Shown here piece after piece: positions 10,498 through 19,161 of a stretch of 64,000 nucleotides of DNA (position 1 is the first letter of the stretch; each line of letters begins with the position of its first letter). This stretch comes from a virus. The stretch covers positions 1 to 64,000 of IMG/VR virus record IMGVR_UViG_3300031722_000011; one strand, 5' to 3'. Below the pieces are notes generated by a model. That model was not told the DNA's origin. It ran no database searches and saw only the letters and a list, made by a program, of their open reading frames with translations. Both the position numbers and the translations under genes were made by a program.

Positions 10498-11298
10498 ATG
10501 CATAATAATATTATTGACGTTGATTATATAGACATAGAAAAGGTAGTATTTTTAACAGCACCAGATGTAGCTAGAGAAATACCAGCAGATGAAAAAAGGG
10601 TTAGATATTGGGGCGATGTATTTGGCGATATTAAAGAATGTGGAGTACGCAAGATAGACGGACGTAAAAAATATACTAAACAGACTATTAAGGCTTTTAA
10701 GATTATTCAAAAATTAATTGATGATAAGCAGTTTTCTCATATACAAGTAAGAGATTATATAAGTAAAAATGGATTTGAATACATTACTGATCCTGATTCA
10801 AAAGATTTATCTAAGGATTTAATTGGATATAATGGCTTATCAAGTGAGTTATCAGTAGAAATAGAACAGAGATTAAATTCTTTTCTTAATAGTTTAAAAA
10901 CTCAGATATTAGAAAACAATGAAATATTAAAAAATGATATAAAAGAACAAGTTGCAATGACAGTTGACGAAGTAATAACTGATATACTAGAAGAATCTAT
11001 GAGTGGTATAGATAAAGAACTACAATTACAAAAAGAAAGTAATATGCAACTGTCACAACAATTATCTGATGTTCAACAAGAACTAGCACTTACCAAAGAA
11101 TCAAATCAAAAGCAATTAGAATCTCAATCTAAACAATTACAAACTAATCTTGAAAATATGACTAATAAAATCATTAAAGATATCATAGAAGATAATGACA
11201 AGGCAATAAATGAATTTAAATGTATAACATTGGAACAAATAAAAAATAATCAAGAACCAAAAGGAATAATTGCTAAAATATTTAACTTAATGAAATAA
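10498..11298 (+). CDS. tubY: MerR-like HTH plus coiled-coil partition regulator
   Basis: N-terminal MerR-type HTH (VAREI..RVRYW..GRKKYT), long coiled coil, amphipathic tail KGIIAKIF; adjacent to tubRZ. Confidence 0.75.
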   Translation: MHNNIIDVDYIDIEKVVFLTAPDVAREIPADEKRVRYWGDVFGDIKECGVRKIDGRKKYTKQTIKAFKIIQKLIDDKQFSHIQVRDYISKNGFEYITDPDSKDLSKDLIGYNGLSSELSVEIEQRLNSFLNSLKTQILENNEILKNDIKEQVAMTVDEVITDILEESMSGIDKELQLQKESNMQLSQQLSDVQQELALTKESNQKQLESQSKQLQTNLENMTNKIIKDIIEDNDKAINEFKCITLEQIKNNQEPKGIIAKIFNLMK

Positions 11299-11467
11299 CA
11301 ACTCAACATAGGAATATATTTGTCACAATAGAGATTAATTTCTGATACTATAACAGGCTCTAGGAATAGAGATAGAAGTTTAAAGGTAATAGTTGTTGTC
11401 TTTAGAATTGGACTGTGTATGAGAGCGAGAAGTGGGTTTAAATTAATATGAATGGGAGCATGAATTT

Positions 11468-12232
11468 ATGTACGGAATATATAATATTTATAGTAATGGT
11501 AAGCTAATTTATATTGGAAAAACAATTAATTTTTATACAAGATTAAAAACTCATATTTCACAACAACCTTGGAGTAATGAGATAACACACATTTCTGTTG
11601 CTAAATGCAAAACTAAAGTAGATATGGATTTATATGAAAAGTATTATATCAATAAACTAAATCCTAAATATAATAAAGCAATTGTATACAATGAAACACC
11701 AACTTTTGCAGTAGAAGAATTAAACTTTCAAAGTTTTACTCTTGAAAAATTCTTAAAAATTAACGAACCAAAAAATCTGAGAAACAGCAATGTTAATAAA
11801 AGCTATGAGAAACGTAAATTAGAAATATCAGAATTTCTAAAAACTTCAGTTGAAATAAAAGATGGTATAAAAATAGACTTTTCAAACTCCAATAATACAT
11901 TGTATCATTGGTGGAATACACTTAAAACAGATATTAATTTTTTACACATAGACGGAGATATTCAATTCTTTAAGCAAATTTTAAAAGGTGTCAAAGAAAA
12001 TAAGTATGAATTTATTTTTGAAAATAGTGAAGAAATTTTTAGAAACCTTGATTTATATAGCTTAGGATTGAGAATTGATAGTTATTCAATTAGTAATAAG
12101 AGAATCAGTAAAGGATTTACTGGAGTTAATTTCATTTTAGGAATGAATATGAATCCAAGAACAAAAGATGTTACTGTAAGAGTAAATAGATATATGCTAG
12201 AAGAATATTTTGATAAGTATTTTATCTATTAA
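11468..12232 (+). CDS. GIY-YIG nuclease domain protein
   Basis: GIY..IYIGKT..RLKTH..E.YYI..P.YN. Confidence 0.85.
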   Translation: MYGIYNIYSNGKLIYIGKTINFYTRLKTHISQQPWSNEITHISVAKCKTKVDMDLYEKYYINKLNPKYNKAIVYNETPTFAVEELNFQSFTLEKFLKINEPKNLRNSNVNKSYEKRKLEISEFLKTSVEIKDGIKIDFSNSNNTLYHWWNTLKTDINFLHIDGDIQFFKQILKGVKENKYEFIFENSEEIFRNLDLYSLGLRIDSYSISNKRISKGFTGVNFILGMNMNPRTKDVTVRVNRYMLEEYFDKYFIY

Positions 12233-12238
12233 TAATCT

Positions 12239-12660
12239 AGTCGGTTATTTATCTATAACTAAATTTTTATTATAAAAATAATTAGATAAATAACCGACTA
12301 CTATTTGGAATAGAAAAGAGAGAAGTTGTGTTGCTTTTATTCCTTTTTAGTGAATAGTCTAAAGACTATTTTAAGAAGAGAATAGTTTAAATAGAATATA
12401 GGAGGCTGAAACTAACTGGTATCACTACGATTAGAGTATGTCAGGTCGGTATTTTATCCAATTGTGGTCGGTATTCTATCTGTTGATAACGTGTTTACAG
12501 TCGGTATTTAATCTATGAGTAGTCGGTATTTAATCTATACAAAGTCGCTATTTTATCATATAATATTACTTATAAACAACTAAATTCAACATAAACTGTG
12601 GAAAACATACTCAACATATTGATATTATCGTAATTTTATTGTGGATAAACTTGTGGAAAA
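12239..12660. promoter_or_regulatory. iteron-type replication origin with DnaA boxes
   Basis: RGTCGGTATTTWATCT-like repeats at 12444, 12466, 12499, 12521, 12543 (22/33-bp spacing); inverted pair 12239/12283; AT-rich stretch; DnaA box TGTGGATAA 12640-12648 plus near matches at 12597 and 12652. Confidence 0.85.
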
Positions 12661-12670
12661 GGAGATTCTT

Positions 12671-13987
12671 ATGGGTAAATCTAGTAGCAAAAATAAAGAA
12701 GCATTTAAATCAATAATTGGAAAAACTAAAGTTATAAAATTAAGGAATGGTGAATCTATAATGGACGGTAATTCTGTTCAAACTCCATTTTTAGCACCAT
12801 ACCGAATTGCAAAAGATGACAAAGGAAAACCTATGCCAATAACATTTGTTGAATATGAATGGACTGCTATTGAAGATGGTGTAGAAATAAAAAGGGGAAT
12901 TGAAGTTAGTGGTCATGGTGCATTGGGTGTACCTACTTTAAAAGATAAAGAAACTTTAAGAGCATTACAAGACATTTATGTGTGGAGTAAGATAGATAAA
13001 GGTATATTGGAACTAGAAATAGATGAAAGTAAGGTTACTGAGTCTGATTTGATGATAGATTTTATTTCTATAGATAATATAGCGACCTCATTAGGATATA
13101 ATAGTACTAGTGGACAACAAAGAAGTGCTATTAAGGAATCTATTGAAAGATTAGTAGGTACAAAAATATCTAGTAAACATCATGGAGGACTGTATGATCC
13201 AGTAAAAAAGAGATATATTACCGACTCAAAAAAAACTTTTAGTTATCTAGATAGTATGGAAAATTATATTGAATATGATTGCGATAATTGCTTATACTTC
13301 AATGGTTGTCACAGAAATACCGACAATTGTTTGAATGAAGAACATCAAAGAAAAGATGTTACCAAAATCAAAATGAGCATGTTTCTATATCTTAGTATAG
13401 CTAATAATTATCGACTTTATTACAATAGAGATAAGGCTAATGAAATCAAAAATCTAATTTCTAAAAACATATATCTAATTTCTCGTAAATGGCTAGGAGA
13501 TGGTTATATATCTAGAGCTAATATACAAAAATATATGGATAGAATACCTATGAACGCTAAACAGGAAAAACATAGAAAGCAGGCTATTAAAGAGGGGATA
13601 GATATTTTAAATGAATATGATTTTGTTGAAGCTTCTATTGAAAAGGACGTAATTAAGGTTATTCATTTAGATAAAAAACCGACTAAATTTAAAGAAGTTG
13701 CTTTAGATAAATTGCCGACTAAAGATGGTAGCTATCTAAAAGATAAATATTGTTTATTTAGTGAATTAAGAGAAGGTTTATTAGATATAGGTATCACTGA
13801 ATTAGAGTTTAGCAGTATAGTAGACGGTAATATAGAAAAAATAGAGTATATCAAAGCCCTATTAAGATACGTAATGTTAAAACAAATATATGATAAGAAT
13901 ATAGATGCGAGGGAATATTTCTTAAACTGCTGGTATAAAGAAGGTGGGACACCAATAGATAAGAAGTATTACAATGAAATAATATAG
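12671..13987 (+). CDS. plasmid-type replication initiator protein A
   Basis: GVPTLKDKETLRAL and AIKESIERL..TKI motifs of RepA-like initiators; adjacent to iterons; AAGGAG RBS before ATG 12671. Confidence 0.75.
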   Translation: MGKSSSKNKEAFKSIIGKTKVIKLRNGESIMDGNSVQTPFLAPYRIAKDDKGKPMPITFVEYEWTAIEDGVEIKRGIEVSGHGALGVPTLKDKETLRALQDIYVWSKIDKGILELEIDESKVTESDLMIDFISIDNIATSLGYNSTSGQQRSAIKESIERLVGTKISSKHHGGLYDPVKKRYITDSKKTFSYLDSMENYIEYDCDNCLYFNGCHRNTDNCLNEEHQRKDVTKIKMSMFLYLSIANNYRLYYNRDKANEIKNLISKNIYLISRKWLGDGYISRANIQKYMDRIPMNAKQEKHRKQAIKEGIDILNEYDFVEASIEKDVIKVIHLDKKPTKFKEVALDKLPTKDGSYLKDKYCLFSELREGLLDIGITELEFSSIVDGNIEKIEYIKALLRYVMLKQIYDKNIDAREYFLNCWYKEGGTPIDKKYYNEII

Positions 13988-14104
13988 TCGGTATTTTATC
14001 TGTAAAGTTTTTCAAAAAAATAAGGTAATATTATATAAATTCAATATAGTGTAATAGGATTTATTGCACTATATTTTCTCAGAAACAAAATAAAAACAAT
14101 ATAG

Positions 14105-14133
14105 TTGACAAGTAATATTATAATTGATAAACT
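14105..14133 (+). promoter_or_regulatory. sigma-A promoter
   Basis: TTGACA-17-TAAACT with TGn extension. Confidence 0.65.
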
Positions 14134-14138
14134 ATCAA

Positions 14139-14256
14139 TAGGGATAAATTTTGAGGTCGCTCCTCATTATTGATAAGGCTATTTTATCAATCGGTAGCTT
14201 TCCCTACTTGCAATAGATTGGTAAATAAATTAAAATATAAGGAGATTGATAAAATG
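14139..14256 (+). ncRNA. cloverleaf leader RNA (c4/CI-like), copy 1
   Basis: outer stem TAGGGA/TCCCTA, hairpin TGAGG-TCGCT-CCTCA, hairpin GCTAT-loop-GTAGC; loop TTTATCAATC complementary to 14216-14225 and 14244-14253. Confidence 0.65.
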
Positions 14257-15165
14257 ATAGGAATTTACAAAATTACAAATAAGATTAACGGGAGAGCGTA
14301 CATAGGACAAAGTAAGAATATAGGAACACGATGGAGCAATCATATAAACAGACTTGAATGTAAAAAACACGAAAACAAAGAACTGCAAAAGGGTTTTAAT
14401 AATTTTGGATACTTTAATTTCTCCTTTGAAATTATCGAAGAGTGTCAAGAAAAAGAATTATTATCTGTGGAACTAAAATATATTAACCTTTATCAAGGCA
14501 ATAGTTATAATATAACAAGTAATTCTAATAGTACTCTTTATGTTGATAATTTTAAATTTAATAAACATATAAATATTAATTTAAATTATAATATTTTATC
14601 TCAAAGAGTAATTTTAACAGCATTAAAGAAATATTATGAAAGAAATACTAAAGAAATAAATATAGCATGTAGTGATATAATGAAAGAATATGATTTTGAT
14701 CACTCGATATATTATAAAGGTATTCAAAGAATATATGATGAAATATCGCATTGTGAATTATTTGAACAAGTATTAATTGAAAATTCATCTATTTTTAATT
14801 TGAAATTTAATGAGCAATATTACTTTTTAGCTAAATTGTTTTATGATAATAATATAATAGACAGTACAAAGAATTTTATAAGACGTGGTTCGTTGAATTT
14901 ATATGTAAAGATATTATGTAATAAGTTAAAGTTATATTATCATTTGGAAGATTTTAAAAGAGAATACAATATAAATGAATTACCTTCATATAAACATTTT
15001 TCAAACATTAAAAGAATATTATTAATACCAATGATTGAAGAAATAGAACTAGTATTAAATAAAAATATAATTATCGATGAACAAAAAGAAAGAGGAAAGA
15101 TTGTAGGATTTAATATTATTACATCAAATACTCTACAAGAAACGCATTCTATACCCTCAAATTAA
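14254..15165 (+). CDS. GIY-YIG endonuclease fused to a Rep_3-like winged-helix region
   Basis: MIGIYKITNKING..YIGQS..RW..H; C-terminal EDFKREY..SYKHFSNIKRILLIPMIEEI..KERGKIVGFNI resembles initiator WH2. Confidence 0.75.
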   Translation: MIGIYKITNKINGRAYIGQSKNIGTRWSNHINRLECKKHENKELQKGFNNFGYFNFSFEIIEECQEKELLSVELKYINLYQGNSYNITSNSNSTLYVDNFKFNKHININLNYNILSQRVILTALKKYYERNTKEINIACSDIMKEYDFDHSIYYKGIQRIYDEISHCELFEQVLIENSSIFNLKFNEQYYFLAKLFYDNNIIDSTKNFIRRGSLNLYVKILCNKLKLYYHLEDFKREYNINELPSYKHFSNIKRILLIPMIEEIELVLNKNIIIDEQKERGKIVGFNIITSNTLQETHSIPSN

Positions 15166-15467
15166 AGCCTTACTTAGTCACAGGTATTAGTTGTTGTCTA
15201 AAAATGGAACGCCTTAGAGAGTTAAATGAACGCAAATAAAGCCTATATATAAATATATGACAAGAGTAGTAGAAAATATTACTCTTATTTTTATGTTTTT
15301 GATTATTATTATAACTACAGTATTTATATAGGAATTGTATTAGAAATGTTTTTTACAAAGTTGGTAATTGTACCTTAAATAATAAATTAATGTATAAACG
15401 ATTGACAAATATTAAGTATTGGATTAATATGGTATTAGAAAGAAAAGAAAGGAGGGAGAGTATTTGG

Positions 15468-16403
15468 ATGAAAGAAGTAAAAGGTATATTCAACAATAAA
15501 CCATTTTCAATGATACCAAATATATTTGTAAAAAATATTGATGGTGAAGATTGCATAATGAATGAAAAGCAATTAGCTATAGCATCTATTATTTATATGA
15601 CTAGGAGTAGTAAAGATGTGTGCATTTTCAGTATAAATTCCATATGTGATAACTTAGGACTAGCATATAACTCAAGGATAAAGAAAACTATAATAGATAC
15701 ATTGCAACTATTAACTGATGAGGATCAAGTTCATTTCAAAAGTAAAATATATTTAAATGATGATTATACTATTAAACATTTAAATATATTAAAAGCCAAT
15801 GATATTATATATGGACAACTAATTAATCATATGGATGGAGATTTTTGTATGTTTTGTGATTTAGATATAGATAAATTAGTAAAATATTCAATTGATAACG
15901 AAGTTGACTTATATTATTTAGTAAAACAATACATATACATATGCAGTTGTCTAAATAAAGATGAGAAATGCGAAGATTATTTATGTGCATATCCAAAATT
16001 AGATAGTATAGCTAATGCTTGCAATATAAAATCCAAAAATACAATTGTAAAATATAATAGTATCTTTAAAGAGTTAAAAATATTTAGTTTTGATTATGCA
16101 GGATATAAAATTGACAAAAATGGAAATGAAACAATAAGGAATGGAGTAATGTTTTATACTCCTTATGGCAATGAAGAAATATTATTACAACGTCTAAAAA
16201 TAGATAGAGATAAACATGGGTATTATAAAGTGAGTAATAAGTATAAAGAACTTATGAATTTGCAAATATCCATAAGTAAGAAAATAACTAATATTAACCA
16301 ATTAAAGGATAAGTCTATAATAGATTTAGAAAAATTAAAATTATTAGAACAAGAAAAAGAAAAAATAATTGAAATGATAAAAGAAGAAAAATTACCATTG
16401 TGA
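15468..16403 (+). CDS. putative second replication initiator (tandem wHTH)
   Basis: FSMIPN start, AYPKLDSIANAC.IKSKNTIVKY HTH; followed by phased repeats. Confidence 0.5.
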   Translation: MKEVKGIFNNKPFSMIPNIFVKNIDGEDCIMNEKQLAIASIIYMTRSSKDVCIFSINSICDNLGLAYNSRIKKTIIDTLQLLTDEDQVHFKSKIYLNDDYTIKHLNILKANDIIYGQLINHMDGDFCMFCDLDIDKLVKYSIDNEVDLYYLVKQYIYICSCLNKDEKCEDYLCAYPKLDSIANACNIKSKNTIVKYNSIFKELKIFSFDYAGYKIDKNGNETIRNGVMFYTPYGNEEILLQRLKIDRDKHGYYKVSNKYKELMNLQISISKKITNINQLKDKSIIDLEKLKLLEQEKEKIIEMIKEEKLPL

Positions 16404-16496
16404 ACGAAAAGTTTTTCGTGAATCAATAATTCTCTATTGTATTAATATTTATTATATGGATATGTATTATATTTAATATATATTGTTACGGTACAG

Positions 16497-16610
16497 TACA
16501 GGACTACTTTTCGTACAAATTAATTTCAAAATGTACAAAAAGTCGGTCAGTAATTTTTAATAAAGTACAAAAACCAGTCCTGTAAAATTTAGATATGTAC
16601 AAAAAGTAGG
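16497..16610. repeat. iteron-like repeats (GTACAAAAAGTNGTCCTGTA consensus)
   Basis: direct copies at 16533, 16565, 16597 (32-bp period), inverted copy 16497-16516, AT-rich stretch upstream. Confidence 0.7.
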
Positions 16611-16660
16611 AATTTGACAGTTTTAGTTAAAATAAAATATGAAAAGGAGATTTTATAAAA

Positions 16661-17545
16661 ATGAATAAAACAGAATACAAATTACATTATAATAATTTTG
16701 AAGAATTAAAAGTAAAAGGTGTTTATTTGATAAAGAATAAAGATAATGATAAATTAAAAATAGGTATAACCAATAATTTAATGAGAAGGTTAAGTGAAAT
16801 AAAAAAGAGTTTTCAATTTTGTGGAGTAATTCCAGAGTTAGATATAGAATGTTATATTGAATATAAACATAATCTAGAATTAGAACAATATTTACATAAA
16901 GAATTAAAGGAATATAATTATCAGAATGAATGGTTTAGTATTGATAATATAGATATAGTATTAGAAAAATTAAATGATTTTAAATATGAAAAAGAACTCA
17001 AAGAAATTAAACCATTAATTAAAGAAAATTTTAATATACCTGAAGAAAATAATATAGATAAATTTATGGTAAAATCAATGAAATACTATTTATATAACCA
17101 TTATGAGTGGCATGACTGTAAGAATTATACAAGATATAGTATTTATATAAAATGTAATGGAGACGAGTGGACGGCATGTAGTATGATAGATGATATACAA
17201 GGAGATATATTTCATGATTGGAATTATTTCACGCATTGTTATGAAAAAGAACGTTATAATAAATTTGATGCTAGTGATGAATTAATAGATAAATTCAAAG
17301 AGTTAAATACTAACGCAATAATAAAAACAGAAAATGGAAATATAAATAGTTTAGAAGATCACTTTATACAAAAGTATAATAATTATTTATCAAATACATT
17401 AACCGATATTAAAGATTATATAAATAATACAGACGTTGAAATAGAGAATACATATGATATATCATTGAAAAGAGTTAAATTAGAAGAAAAAATTGAATAT
17501 CTAATTAATAGAATGAAAACCATTAAAGAAAACTTAAGCATGTAA
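16661..17545 (+). CDS. T5orf172/GIY-YIG-like nuclease domain protein
   Basis: GVYLI..KIGIT..RRL..LEQYLH..NEWF. Confidence 0.8.
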   Translation: MNKTEYKLHYNNFEELKVKGVYLIKNKDNDKLKIGITNNLMRRLSEIKKSFQFCGVIPELDIECYIEYKHNLELEQYLHKELKEYNYQNEWFSIDNIDIVLEKLNDFKYEKELKEIKPLIKENFNIPEENNIDKFMVKSMKYYLYNHYEWHDCKNYTRYSIYIKCNGDEWTACSMIDDIQGDIFHDWNYFTHCYEKERYNKFDASDELIDKFKELNTNAIIKTENGNINSLEDHFIQKYNNYLSNTLTDIKDYINNTDVEIENTYDISLKRVKLEEKIEYLINRMKTIKENLSM

Positions 17546-17564
17546 CAAATTAATGTATAAAATG

Positions 17565-17593
17565 TTGACACAAAACCCAAAATATGTTAGAAT
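17565..17593 (+). promoter_or_regulatory. sigma-A promoter
   Basis: TTGACA-17-TAGAAT with TGn extension. Confidence 0.65.
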
Positions 17594-17678
17594 AATATTA
17601 TGGACAAGATAGTAGATATTTACTTGATTTCCAAAATGATAATAAATTAATATAAAGATAATAAAGGAGGTGAGAGTT

Positions 17679-17885
17679 ATGAATAATGTAATAAAGTTTG
17701 CATCATTTAAGTCAAGAAAGGTTGAAGTAGATTTATATGAAACTAAATTAGCTAGATTTTGTGAGTTAAAGCCAAAGAACTTTAGTGATACTTTTGAAGG
17801 AAATGAAGAAATTGAGTTTGAAAATCTATATAACTGGTTGCAAATACATAAAAAGAACGAAAAACAAAGCAGAATGGCAAATTAA
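17679..17885 (+). CDS. hypothetical protein
   Basis: AAGGAGGTG RBS. Confidence 0.6.
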   Translation: MNNVIKFASFKSRKVEVDLYETKLARFCELKPKNFSDTFEGNEEIEFENLYNWLQIHKKNEKQSRMAN

Positions 17886-17936
17886 TAATAAAATAATGTA
17901 TAAATAAAAAATAATAAAGAAGGATGGTAAAAGAAA

Positions 17937-18158
17937 ATGACTGAAAACGGACAACCAAGCAAAAGAGAACAACATATGGATTTCGGAGGGAACATTGTTT
18001 ATAGGAAATATAGGATATGGGAAGAAAATACAGAAAGAAAAGATACTTCTTACATATATGAGGACGATTTTGACATAAAAGAAAGGATGGAGGCTATTGA
18101 ATGGGAAGAACAGTATAAGAAGAAGTGTCAAAAGATGCTAGATGAAAATAATAAATAA
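17937..18158 (+). CDS. hypothetical protein
   Basis: ORF with RBS, co-directional with neighbours. Confidence 0.55.
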   Translation: MTENGQPSKREQHMDFGGNIVYRKYRIWEENTERKDTSYIYEDDFDIKERMEAIEWEEQYKKKCQKMLDENNK

Positions 18159-18311
18159 TACATATTGAATATAAATAAATAGTACATAAGTTATTCTAAA
18201 ATTAAGAAGTGATGAACGAGTAATAAAATTGCACCTTGAAATAAGTAAGGGTTATTATTACTAATAAGTTCATTAATAAAAAGTAAGTCAAAATTGATAT
18301 GGAGGGATAAA

Positions 18312-18764
18312 ATGAATAGATATATAGGTCAGTATAGAACAGTTTGCGAATTTGACCAATCTACACTAAAACCCAATAAGGAGAATACATATATTTACTG
18401 TAATGGTGAAGGATCAATATGGAGAAGAAGTGAAGATATATTAGTTTACACCAGAGAAAAGAAGGGTATATCAAACATACTAATAGAAAATTTAAATAAA
18501 CTAGGAGTAGAAATAATATCTGATGAAAGTACAAGAGAAGATATTCAATTAGTTTTTAATGAAGGAGATTTAGGTGTAGTTGCAACATATTTTAAGGCTA
18601 GAGAAAGTGGTACAAACATTAATCCTTGGTCAAGGAAGAATCTAAATCTATTTAAATGGTTCAAAAATAACAAACAAAAGTACATAGACAATGGATATTA
18701 TAAAGTTAGCGAGGAATTAACTGATGAAGAAAAAGAGATATTTAGACAAAGGTTTAATAAGTAG
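18312..18764 (+). CDS. hypothetical protein
   Basis: GGAGG RBS before MNRYIGQYR. Confidence 0.65.
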   Translation: MNRYIGQYRTVCEFDQSTLKPNKENTYIYCNGEGSIWRRSEDILVYTREKKGISNILIENLNKLGVEIISDESTREDIQLVFNEGDLGVVATYFKARESGTNINPWSRKNLNLFKWFKNNKQKYIDNGYYKVSEELTDEEKEIFRQRFNK

Positions 18765-19161
18765 TCATGTATATAATTTTAAAGGAGAAAATGAGATAGT
18801 TTTGGGTTTAATTTAAGTTTTAGAGTGGACAAGGTAGAATAAGTCTAGTTGATAATTTAAATTAAAATAAAGCCTAAAGTATTGATTTAAGTAAATATTT
18901 TATTAATTGTATTAGTTTGAGTTATATTTAAGAATTAAAAAGAGAGTAATGCAATTTATCGTTAATCTGACTGGAATGGAAATTAGAGTCAAAAGTATGT
19001 CAAAAAGTCCTTTAAAATTATATAGGGAGTGAGTATGTAAAGAGTGTTATAATAAATTAATTTATAAATAACAGAATAAATTGCGTGTTTTATTGGAAAT
19101 TTAAAAGAGAAATAAAGGAGAAAAATGACAATATATTAATATAAATAAGTGAGGTGACGGA

